NCBI GenBank assembly: GCA_934154785.1
Contig: CAKPGL010000002.1
Coordinates: 1,780-65,779 of the forward strand
DNA: 64,000 nucleotides
Reading direction: 5' to 3'
DNA from: an uncultured Bacilli bacterium
GTDB lineage: Bacteria; Bacillota_I; Bacilli_A; RF39; UBA660
The translations under genes and the position numbers were made by a program. Shown here in pieces: positions 34,268 to 42,234 of this stretch; within the stretch, counting starts at the first letter, position 1, and every line of letters starts with the position of its first letter. The notes under the pieces are model-generated. The model worked only from the letters and a program-made list of their open reading frames with translations. It had not been told where the DNA came from and ran no database searches.

Positions 34268-34813
34268 ATGACAAGAGTTAAAGGTGGTACAATTCATCGT
34301 GCCCGTCGTAAAAAAGTATTAGATGAAGCAAAAGGATACTTTGGAAGTAAACATAGATTATATAAAACTGCTAAAGAACAAGTAATGCATTCTGGAAAGT
34401 ATGCTTATAGAGATAGAAAAGCTAAGAAAAGAGATTTTAGAAAATTATTTATTACAAGAATTAACGCTGCTTGCCGTTTAAATGATATTAGTTATTCTAA
34501 GTTCATGAATGGTCTTAAAAAAGCTGGTGTAGTAATTAACCGTAAGATGTTATCTGAAATCGCAATTGAAAGACCTGAAGAATTTACAAATTTAGTTAAG
34601 ATTGCTAATGATGCATTAAATGGTAAAACATTTGAAGCACCTGCAAAAAAAGAAGCAAAAGCAACTAAAGAAGTAAAAACTGCAAAAGAAACAAAAGAAG
34701 AAACAGATTTATCTAAACTTACAGTTGCAGAATTAAAAGCTTTAGCAAAAGAAAAAGGTGTAGAAGGTGTTTCTACAATGAAAAAAGCTGAATTATTAGA
34801 TGCTTTAAAATAA
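34268..34813 (+). CDS. rplT: 50S ribosomal protein L20 with an extra C-terminal extension of about 60 aa (K/E/A-rich linker plus Rho_N/SAP-like helix-hairpin)
   Basis: The first 118 aa or so are canonical L20 (TRVKGG...RRKKVL..AKGYFG...[18 protein letters not shown]). The tail is ...[34 protein letters not shown]. Confidence 0.9.
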   Translation: MTRVKGGTIHRARRKKVLDEAKGYFGSKHRLYKTAKEQVMHSGKYAYRDRKAKKRDFRKLFITRINAACRLNDISYSKFMNGLKKAGVVINRKMLSEIAIERPEEFTNLVKIANDALNGKTFEAPAKKEAKATKEVKTAKETKEETDLSKLTVAELKALAKEKGVEGVSTMKKAELLDALK

Positions 34814-34833
34814 CCAAACGGTTATTTTTTTTT
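34810..34833 (+). terminator. intrinsic terminator after rplT
   Basis: ATAACC (34810-34815) pairs with GGTTAT (34820-34825), followed by T8. Confidence 0.6.
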
Positions 34834-34863
34834 AGAATTTACATAGTATTTAATGGTGATAAT

Positions 34864-35412
34864 ATGTTTAGTAAGAAAAGACTTTATATATTTTTGAGTA
34901 AATTTCTTTTTTGTATAATAATTACTTTACTTATTTTAATTGGTATTAAAGCTAGTCCTAATTTTAAGACTAACTTTTATAAACAAGTCTTTGAAACTAA
35001 TATATCATTTTCTAAGATAAATAAAATATATGAAAAATATGCTGGTACTTCTATTCCATTTAAAGATTTATTTATAAAAGATATAACTCCAGTATTTAAT
35101 GAAAAACTAAACTATAAAGGAAAAGAAACTTATCTAGATGGCGTAAAACTTACTGTTGATACAAACTATTTAGTGCCAACATTAAATGATGGTTTAGTTG
35201 TTTTTGTCGGTGAAAAAGAAAACTATGGTAATACTATTATTATTAATCAGATAGATGGTACTGATGTATGGTATTCTAATATTGAAAATTCCGCCATTAA
35301 ATTATATGATAATGTAAAAAAGGGGGAACTTGTTGGTAACGCTAAAGACGAAACTCTATATCTAGTATTTAAAAAAGATGGTACAGTTTTAAATTATGAA
35401 GATTATCTATAA
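34864..35412 (+). CDS. SpoIVFA-like membrane protein with degenerate M23/LytM domain
   Basis: N-terminal TM helix. The C-terminal G.VVFVG.....G..IIINQ.DG....Y.N.......D.V..GE.VG pattern lacks the catalytic His residues. Overlaps and precedes spoIVFB, as in Bacillus. Confidence 0.6.
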   Translation: MFSKKRLYIFLSKFLFCIIITLLILIGIKASPNFKTNFYKQVFETNISFSKINKIYEKYAGTSIPFKDLFIKDITPVFNEKLNYKGKETYLDGVKLTVDTNYLVPTLNDGLVVFVGEKENYGNTIIINQIDGTDVWYSNIENSAIKLYDNVKKGELVGNAKDETLYLVFKKDGTVLNYEDYL

Positions 35413-36142
35413 AATTAAATTTCATCCACTTTTTTATATTACATCCATGTTAATGTTGTTTACAGGTTATTTTAAGGATTTTTCTTTATTTTTAATAATT
35501 GTGATGTTCCATGAATTAGGTCATGTACTTGCAGGTCTTATATTTAAATGGAAAATAAAAAGCATAAATGTTTTACCATTTGGCGCAATTACAATATTTG
35601 ATGAAGGATTAACTAAATCTCTTTTAGAGGAGTTTGTTATTAGTATAATGGGACCTTTGTTTCAAATTATTATTTATAACTTACTAAGATTAAGATATAA
35701 TGTTTTTTTAATTCATTATTCATTGTTAATATTTAATTTACTGCCGATAATTCCTTTAGATGGTTCAAAAATACTAAGTGTTATTTTAAATTTGTTTTTT
35801 CCTTTTAAAAAGAGTTTATTTGTATCAATTATTTTATCAATCATTTTAGTAATATTATCTTTTATATCATGTTTTTATCATTTTAATTTAGTATTTATAC
35901 TTGTACTGCTATTCTTATTAGTAAAAGTTTTTAATGAATTTAGTAGTATCAATTATATTATGAATAGATTTTTTTATGAAAAGTACTATTTTCCTAAAAG
36001 TTATAAGCGTAAAAAAGTTATTAATGGTAAAAATATAAATAAACTGTTTAAAGAATGTAGTCATATTTTTAAAGTAGGTAATAATTATTATACAGAACAT
36101 GAAATTTTAAGAAAAAGGTTTGACTTTAAAGGTAAACTGTGA
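35396..36142 (+). CDS. spoIVFB: site-2 (M50) intramembrane metalloprotease, SpoIVFB-like
   Basis: HELGH zinc motif and NLLPIIPLDG motif within TM helices. Synteny spoIVFA-spoIVFB-rplU-prp-rpmA-obg. Confidence 0.8.
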   Translation: MKIIYKIKFHPLFYITSMLMLFTGYFKDFSLFLIIVMFHELGHVLAGLIFKWKIKSINVLPFGAITIFDEGLTKSLLEEFVISIMGPLFQIIIYNLLRLRYNVFLIHYSLLIFNLLPIIPLDGSKILSVILNLFFPFKKSLFVSIILSIILVILSFISCFYHFNLVFILVLLFLLVKVFNEFSSINYIMNRFFYEKYYFPKSYKRKKVINGKNINKLFKECSHIFKVGNNYYTEHEILRKRFDFKGKL

Positions 36143-36240
36143 TAAAATCTATTACTGTGTAGAGCCTCACTCTACAACCGCTCAGAAAAAGGTTATAAAC
36201 TTCGGTACCTTAATGGCGAGTCTTAGAAAGTTAGGAGGTT
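36143..36240 (+). promoter_or_regulatory. probable ribosomal protein L21 leader
   Basis: Relatively GC-rich structured segment of about 100 nt (for example GTAGAGCCTCACTCTAC) immediately upstream of rplU, at the position of the Firmicutes L21 leader. Confidence 0.4.
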
Positions 36241-36244
36241 ATTT

Positions 36245-36547
36245 ATGAAAGCTATTATTGAAACTGGTGGAAAACAATATAATGTTGAAGAAGGTACTAT
36301 CCTTTATGTAGAAAAATTAGATGTTGAAGCTGGTAAAAAAGTTAGTTTCGATAAAGTATTAATGGCTAATGGTGAAATTGGACATCCTTATTTAAACAAC
36401 GTTGTTGTTGAAGGTGAAGTTGTTAAACAAGGAAAAGCAAAAAAAATCAAAGTATTTAAATATGTTCAAAAAAACAACTATCATAGAACTCAAGGTCACC
36501 GTCAACCTTATACTAAAGTAGAAATTAAAGCAATTAAGAATATCTAA
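36245..36547 (+). CDS. rplU: 50S ribosomal protein L21
   Basis: MKAIIETGGKQY.V.EG...YVEKL; 100 aa. RBS AGGAGG. Confidence 0.95.
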   Translation: MKAIIETGGKQYNVEEGTILYVEKLDVEAGKKVSFDKVLMANGEIGHPYLNNVVVEGEVVKQGKAKKIKVFKYVQKNNYHRTQGHRQPYTKVEIKAIKNI

Positions 36548-36548
36548 T

Positions 36549-36854
36549 ATGATTAATATTAAGATTACAAAAATAAATGATAATATAGATAAGATTTCTA
36601 TATTAGGTCACTCTGGGTATAAAGAGTCTGGTAGTGATATTGTTTGTGCATCTGTTTCTAGTATTTGTATAACTACTGTTAACGCTATTATTAGAATAGA
36701 TAGTAACGCTATTGAATATGATGAAAAAGATGGTTATTTGACGGTTGATATAAAAAAACATACAACAGTTATTGATATTTTAATTCAAAATATGATTGAA
36801 TTATTATACGAATTAGAAGAAGATTATAAAAAATATATTAAAATTGATGAATAA
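36549..36854 (+). CDS. prp: ribosomal-processing cysteine protease Prp (YsxB)
   Basis: GHSGY...[10 protein letters not shown] catalytic His/Cys pattern. Sits between rplU and rpmA. Confidence 0.85.
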   Translation: MINIKITKINDNIDKISILGHSGYKESGSDIVCASVSSICITTVNAIIRIDSNAIEYDEKDGYLTVDIKKHTTVIDILIQNMIELLYELEEDYKKYIKIDE

Positions 36855-36868
36855 GGGAGGTGCACTTC

Positions 36869-37168
36869 GTGTTGAATTTAATGAAGCTAAATATTCAATT
36901 ATTTGCACATAAAAAAGGACAAGGTTCTACTAAGAACGGACGTGATTCAGAATCAAAACGTTTAGGAGCTAAGGCTGCTGACGGGGAATATGTAACAGGT
37001 GGTTCAATTTTATATCGTCAACGTGGAACTAAGGTATATCCAGGACATAATGTAGGTATTGGTTCAGATGATACATTATACGCTAAAGTTCCTGGCTATG
37101 TAAAATTTGAAAGATTAGGTCGTGACCGTAAACAAGTTAGTATTTACGATGAAAAAGTAAGTGCTTAA
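36869..37168 (+). CDS. rpmA: 50S ribosomal protein L27 with N-terminal propeptide
   Basis: ...[22 protein letters not shown], the Prp cleavage context. GTG 36869 lies 8 nt after GGGAGG; ATG 36881 is an alternative start. Confidence 0.9.
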   Translation: MLNLMKLNIQLFAHKKGQGSTKNGRDSESKRLGAKAADGEYVTGGSILYRQRGTKVYPGHNVGIGSDDTLYAKVPGYVKFERLGRDRKQVSIYDEKVSA

Positions 37169-37184
37169 TTATAATTAGTTTTAT

Positions 37185-37225
37185 AAATATATTTACATTT
37201 ATTTACAGTGTAAATATATTTTTTT
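37185..37225 (+). terminator. intrinsic terminator after rpmA
   Basis: 13-bp stem AAATATATTTACA (37185-37197) pairs with TGTAAATATATTT (37209-37221), followed by a T-run. Confidence 0.65.
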
Positions 37226-37300
37226 GTGTTAATTTTTTGTTAACTGATGCGTTTTATATTTATGTATGGTATAATGAAACCTGTTAAGAAAGTAGAAATT

Positions 37301-37480
37301 ATGTTGGAAGGTGGTAGTATTATAAATTTATTTGATAAACTTAATATATTTAGAATATTAGAAAACTTAGCAATTGTTCAAAACTCTACTACTGTTATAG
37401 TAATTCAAACTATTATATATGCTTTAATAATAATTATACTTATCTTAATAATTATATTAATGATACTTGATAGAAAATAA
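37301..37480 (+). CDS. possible small membrane protein (59 aa)
   Basis: Has its own TGgTATAAT -10 (37267-37275) and a downstream hairpin (37494-37505/37531-37542, then T-run). C-terminal I/L-rich TM helix. Weak RBS. Confidence 0.3.
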   Translation: MLEGGSIINLFDKLNIFRILENLAIVQNSTTVIVIQTIIYALIIIILILIIILMILDRK

Positions 37481-37603
37481 TTTAAGAGATTAAAAGAAAG
37501 TAAAAGTAAGTTTCTTGGGTGAAAGTTTAAATTTACTTTCTTTTTTCTATGCAATTTCATAAATATAGTGTATAATATTAACAGTTTAAAAAGAGGTGAC
37601 ATT

Positions 37604-38875
37604 ATGTTTATAGATGAAGTTATTATAGATTTAATTGCTGGTAGTGGTGGTAATGGTTGTATGGCTTTCCGTCGTGAAAAATATATTGAGATGGGAGGAC
37701 CTTATGGTGGCAATGGTGGAAAAGGTGCTGATATAATATTCGCTGTTGATGAAGGTTTAAATACTTTACTTGATTTACGTTATAAAAAACAAATTAAGGG
37801 TGATAAAGGTGGTAATGGTTTAGGTAAAGGTATGCAAGGAGCTAATGCTGATGATATAGTTATTCGTGTACCACTCGGAACTGTTATTACTGACGTTGAT
37901 ACGGGATTAGTTATAGCGGATTTAATTCATAAAGATGATAATGTTGTAGTAGCACGTGGAGGACGTGGTGGTAGAGGTAATATGGCTTTTGCTACACATT
38001 CTAATCCCGCTCCAAGTTATTGTGAAAATGGTGAACCTGGAGAAATGCGTAAGGTTAAAGTTGAGTTAAAACTTCTTGCTGATGTTGGTTTAGTTGGTTT
38101 ACCTAGTGTAGGTAAGTCTACCATAATATCAATGATTTCTGCATCTAAACCTAAAATTGCAGCTTATCATTTTACAACGTTAACACCAAATTTAGGAGTT
38201 GTAAGAGCAAGCCGTAATCGTTCTTTTGTCGTTGCGGATTTACCTGGTTTAATAAAAGGTGCTTCTTTAGGCGAAGGATTAGGCGATAGATTTTTACGTC
38301 ATATAGAACGTACTAGAGTAATTGCTCACGTTATCGATATGAGTGGTTTTGAGGGTAGAAATCCTTATGATGATTATGTAACTATTAATGAAGAATTAAA
38401 GAATTTTAATCCTAAACTTTTAGAAAAGCCACAAATAATAATTGCTAATAAAATGGATATTCCTGGTGCTGAAGGTAATTTAAAAGAATTTAAAAAGAAG
38501 GTTGATTTAGAAGTATTTGAAATTAGTGCAGCTTTAAATCAAGGACTTGATAGTGTTGTAGATGCTTTAGCGGACATGTTAGACAACATAGCTAAAGAAC
38601 CTTTATATACTGAAGAAAAATTTGAAAGTCATGTTCTTTATAAATTTGAGGAAAAAGAACCATTTACTATTGTTAATGATAATAATACTTGGGTTATTAA
38701 AGGTGAAGTAGTAGAAAAACTATTCAAGATGACTAAATTTAATTCTGATGAATCAGTTTTAAGATTTTCTAACAAACTAAGAAAACTTGGTGTAGATAAT
38801 AAGTTAAGAGAATTAGGTGCTAAAGAAGGCGACAATGTTAGAATTCTTGATTATGAATTTGAATACAAAGAATAA
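37604..38875 (+). CDS. obg: GTPase Obg/CgtA
   Basis: MFIDEV....AG.GGNG..AFRREK, Gly-rich Obg fold, G1 GLPSVGKST, G3 DLPGLI, and a C-terminal OCT domain. ATG 37604 follows GAGGTGA. Confidence 0.95.
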   Translation: MFIDEVIIDLIAGSGGNGCMAFRREKYIEMGGPYGGNGGKGADIIFAVDEGLNTLLDLRYKKQIKGDKGGNGLGKGMQGANADDIVIRVPLGTVITDVDTGLVIADLIHKDDNVVVARGGRGGRGNMAFATHSNPAPSYCENGEPGEMRKVKVELKLLADVGLVGLPSVGKSTIISMISASKPKIAAYHFTTLTPNLGVVRASRNRSFVVADLPGLIKGASLGEGLGDRFLRHIERTRVIAHVIDMSGFEGRNPYDDYVTINEELKNFNPKLLEKPQIIIANKMDIPGAEGNLKEFKKKVDLEVFEISAALNQGLDSVVDALADMLDNIAKEPLYTEEKFESHVLYKFEEKEPFTIVNDNNTWVIKGEVVEKLFKMTKFNSDESVLRFSNKLRKLGVDNKLRELGAKEGDNVRILDYEFEYKE

Positions 38876-38883
38876 AAAAGAAG

Positions 38884-39177
38884 CTAGAGATTTAAGTCTT
38901 TAGCTTCCTTTATTATATCATTAATTTTATATTTAGAATTATCTCTTGCCTCTAATATAAAGTAAGTTTTTTTAGGAGCAATAATTATTCTATTAGGGGG
39001 AGTATTTCTATAGATTTTAATTATTTTTCCTTTTTTATCAATTGCGATAATATCGATATTTATTTTCATAAAAAAGGTATGAACAGATTTGCATTTAGGA
39101 AATAAGTATTCTTCATTTATGCTTTTTTTAAACATTAAACCTTTAAATCTATCATAGATATTAGTACAAATTTTCAT
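38884..39177 (-). CDS. DUF192 (COG1430) family protein
   Basis: F.GLMF.....E..LF..C.SVHTFFM...IDIIAID..G.I pattern; 97 aa. Confidence 0.7.
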   Translation of the reverse strand: MKICTNIYDRFKGLMFKKSINEEYLFPKCKSVHTFFMKINIDIIAIDKKGKIIKIYRNTPPNRIIIAPKKTYFILEARDNSKYKINDIIKEAKDLNL

Positions 39178-39266
39178 TTTACCACCATTTAAATTTTATC
39201 ACATCAAGTATTATTTGACAAATAATAAAAAAAATTATAAACTATTATTAGATAGGAGAAGTATTT

Positions 39267-39467
39267 ATGAAAATTAGAAATAATAGGGGTCAAGCTTTAG
39301 TTGAATATTTACTTATCATTGCGGTAATTAGTGTTATTGTTATTAGTATTGTTAAGATGTTTGGAGGATATTTACAAGACGCTATGACTAAAGCATCTTG
39401 CAATATTGTTGATAAAGTTTATGTTGAAGGAGAGCATCCTGGCGAAGGTACTTGTGAAAGCAAATAG
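39267..39467 (+). CDS. Flp/Fap-type (type IVb, Tad-like) pilin candidate
   Basis: 66 aa: basic N-terminus, then RG-QALVEYLLIIAVISVIVISI (the G/xxxxEY Flp motif plus a hydrophobic helix). RBS AGGAGAAG. Confidence 0.55.
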   Translation: MKIRNNRGQALVEYLLIIAVISVIVISIVKMFGGYLQDAMTKASCNIVDKVYVEGEHPGEGTCESK

Positions 39468-39483
39468 AAAGACAGTGTTATAA

Positions 39484-39924
39484 ATGGATAATAGCTTAAA
39501 AAGAAGTATTATTTTAGATCATTATCAATCTCCAAGAAATAAAGGATTGATTGATGATAGTACTTATATAAAAATTAATATGAACAACGAAAGCTGTATT
39601 GATGAAATAAACTTAATGGTTAAGTTAGATGATAATAAAATTAAAGATATAAGGTTTAATGGTGAAGCTTGTGCAATATGTACTAGTGCAACATCAATTA
39701 TGACCGAAACACTTATTGGTAAGACTATTGATGAAGCAAAAAACATTATTAAAAACTATTATAATATGATTGATGAACAAGACTACGATGGTAATGTTTT
39801 AGAGCAGGCAGTAGTGTATGATGATATATATCGTCAACCAAATCGTAAAAAATGTGCATTACTTCCTTGGTGGGGAGTTGCTAAGTCATTAGAGGGGGAA
39901 AACAAAGATGTTCAAAAATTATGA
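39484..39924 (+). CDS. sufU: SufU/IscU-type Fe-S cluster scaffold/sulfur transfer protein
   Basis: ILDHYQSPRNKG, NESC.DEI and GEACAICTSATSIMTE (three conserved Cys residues). Confidence 0.85.
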   Translation: MDNSLKRSIILDHYQSPRNKGLIDDSTYIKINMNNESCIDEINLMVKLDDNKIKDIRFNGEACAICTSATSIMTETLIGKTIDEAKNIIKNYYNMIDEQDYDGNVLEQAVVYDDIYRQPNRKKCALLPWWGVAKSLEGENKDVQKL

Positions 39925-40342
39925 CTTGAGACCAGTTAAGATTGGCTGCTTTAGTGGTGTATATACTGGTGGACATGCAACAACAGGAGAAGATGGACTT
40001 CCTAAAAAAGTTATCTTAGCGGAATTAGATGAGAATACAGTAAAAGATATAATCTGTATGATTGATGAAGAAAATTCTAACGCTATTGATATTTTTAGTG
40101 GTGATTTTTATCCTATTTTAAAAAGAGATAAAAATGGTAGAATTACAGAAGAACCTAGATATCTTGAAACTAATTATTACTATGCTCTTAATGTTTATCC
40201 TAAAGAACAATTAACAGCAAGTTTTATGTATCGCGTTTACTGTAATTGTTTGGCAGATAGTGCTTATAGTAAGTATCAAAAGAATTTTGCTAAAAAAGTA
40301 AAGGTTTTAACTCTAAATTCTAATCATAAGAAAGAAAAATAA
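39908..40342 (+). CDS. hypothetical protein (144 aa)
   Basis: Overlaps the sufU end by 17 nt. RBS GAGGGGGA. No recognised motif. Confidence 0.5.
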   Translation: MFKNYDLRPVKIGCFSGVYTGGHATTGEDGLPKKVILAELDENTVKDIICMIDEENSNAIDIFSGDFYPILKRDKNGRITEEPRYLETNYYYALNVYPKEQLTASFMYRVYCNCLADSAYSKYQKNFAKKVKVLTLNSNHKKEK

Positions 40343-40389
40343 TCTTTCTTTTTTTTTGTTCCAATAGTATAATACCTATAGGTGATCTT

Positions 40390-41700
40390 ATGCAAGAACA
40401 AAATTTGAATATAGAAAAAGTAAAAGAAATATCTAAGTTAAAGCAAGAACCTGAATGGATGACAGAGTTCCGTGTTAATGCTTATAATACTTTTGTTAAT
40501 ACTCCTAATCCTATATTTGGACCTGAATTAAATATTGATTTTTCAATAATAAATTATTATAAAAAAATAACTGATAAGGTTCATAACAGTTGGGAAGATG
40601 TACCAACTTCTGTTAAAGATACTTTTGATAAAATTGGTTTACCAGAAGCAGAACAAAAGTATTTAGCAGGTGTCGGTGCACAATTTGAGAGTGAAGTAAT
40701 ATATCATCATATGCTTAAAGAGTTAGAGGACAAAAATGTTATATTTTGTGATACCGATACAGCGTTAAAACAATATCCTGAATTATTTAAGGAATATTTT
40801 AATAATTTGGTTAAGTATGATGAAAATAAGTATACTGCATTAAATGGTGCCGTATGGAGTGGGGGAACTTTTATATATATACCACCACATACTAAATTAG
40901 ATAGACCTTTACAAAGTTATTTTAGAATTAATAGTAAAAACATGGGTCAGTTTGAAAGAACAATTATTATAGTTGATGAATATAGTGATTTACATTATAT
41001 GGAAGGATGTACCGCTCCTACTTATACTAGTGATTCTTTACATGCGGCAGTAGTTGAAATTTATGTAAAAAAGGGTGCTAAATGCCGTTATACTACTATT
41101 CAAAATTGGTCTAGTGATGTATATAATTTAGTTACTAAAAGAGCCATTGTTGAAGAAAGTGGAACAATGGAATGGATAGATGGAAATATTGGCTCTAAAA
41201 CTAATATGAAATATCCATCTTGTATATTAGCTGGTGAAAATGCAGTTGGCAATTGTATATCTATTGCTGTAGCAACCAAAGATCAATATCAAGATACTGG
41301 TGCTAAAATGATACATTTAGCTCCTAATACTAAGAGTAATATAATTAGTAAATCTATTGCTGCTAATGGTGGAATAGCTAATTATCGTGGTACTGTTAAT
41401 ATTTCTAAAGACGCTATTAATTCTAAAAGCATTGTTAAGTGTGATACTATTATTTTGGATGATAAGTCTAAGAGCGATACAATTCCTAAAAATAAAGTTA
41501 GTAATTCTAGTTCTACTTTAGAACATGAAGCTACTGTATCTAAAATAGATGAAGATAAGTTGTTTTATTTGATGAGTAGAGGTATTCCTGAAGAAAGAGC
41601 TAAGGAATTATTAATTATGGGCTTTATTGATAAATTCCGTGAAGAATTACCAATGGAATATGCTGTAGAATTAAATGCTTTATTAAAAAATTATTTTTAG
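40390..41700 (+). CDS. sufB: Fe-S cluster assembly protein SufB
   Basis: FRINS.NMGQFERT.IIVDE, Y(M/V)EGCTAP.YT..SLHAAVVEI, RYTTIQNWS..VYNLVTKRA and GSK..MKYPS match SufB. Confidence 0.9.
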   Translation: MQEQNLNIEKVKEISKLKQEPEWMTEFRVNAYNTFVNTPNPIFGPELNIDFSIINYYKKITDKVHNSWEDVPTSVKDTFDKIGLPEAEQKYLAGVGAQFESEVIYHHMLKELEDKNVIFCDTDTALKQYPELFKEYFNNLVKYDENKYTALNGAVWSGGTFIYIPPHTKLDRPLQSYFRINSKNMGQFERTIIIVDEYSDLHYMEGCTAPTYTSDSLHAAVVEIYVKKGAKCRYTTIQNWSSDVYNLVTKRAIVEESGTMEWIDGNIGSKTNMKYPSCILAGENAVGNCISIAVATKDQYQDTGAKMIHLAPNTKSNIISKSIAANGGIANYRGTVNISKDAINSKSIVKCDTIILDDKSKSDTIPKNKVSNSSSTLEHEATVSKIDEDKLFYLMSRGIPEERAKELLIMGFIDKFREELPMEYAVELNALLKNYF

Positions 41701-41857
41701 TATAAACTTAATTATTTGTATTATATCTTATTTAAATTTTCAAAATTGTCTTAAGACAAATTTAAGAAAAGTGTCCCTTTTCTTTTTTTATTATATAAAA
41801 AGTGTGATTTGTAATTATTTTTTTAATCTAGTATTATTGTTTCTGGGAGGGAAAGAT

Positions 41858-42205
41858 ATGTTAAATAATGCAGTTATTGTAGGTAGAATTGTACAAAATC
41901 CGGAATTAAAAGAAACAGAAAAAGGAGGAAAACTCGCTAATATAGTTTTAGCGGTTCCTAGAAGTTTTAAAAATTCAAATGGAGAGTATGAAACAGATTT
42001 TATTAATTGTACTTTGTGGCGTGGTATTGCTGAAAGTACAGCAGAATATTGTAAGAAAGGTGACCTTGTTGGTATAAAAGGTCGTATTCAAACAAGTAAT
42101 TATCAAGATTCTGAAGGAAACAAAAAGTATACTACAGAAGTAGTAGCGGAGAAAGTTACATTTCTATCTAAAAATCACACTAAAGAAGCAGAAGAAACAG
42201 AGTAA
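41858..42205 (+). CDS. ssb: single-stranded DNA-binding protein, short form lacking the acidic C-terminal tip
   Basis: MLNNAVIVGRIVQNPELK....G...A...LAV.R.F.N..GE.E.DFI.C..W OB fold; 115 aa. Ends ...KEAEETE without a D-D-D-(I/L)-P-F tail. ATG 41858 follows GGGAGGGA. Confidence 0.85.
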   Translation: MLNNAVIVGRIVQNPELKETEKGGKLANIVLAVPRSFKNSNGEYETDFINCTLWRGIAESTAEYCKKGDLVGIKGRIQTSNYQDSEGNKKYTTEVVAEKVTFLSKNHTKEAEETE

Positions 42206-42234
42206 TTCTGTTTTCTTTGTATGGAGGTGTATAA

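Noticed and set aside
41771-41857. N-terminal extensions in the ORF track, for example the ssb ORF starting at GTG 41771. Similar extensions occur for rnc 327, ATPase 3915, DUF2130 11746, ileS 15358, priA 27261, fmt 30291, pilin 32226, obg 37568, ddl 52141, Smr 53364, cysK 58407 and the endonuclease-like gene 56754.
   Set aside because: In each case an internal ATG or GTG lies 6-10 nt downstream of a clear GGAGG-type RBS and matches the conserved N-terminus of the family. The upstream extension is hydrophobic or low-complexity read-through of the intergenic region.
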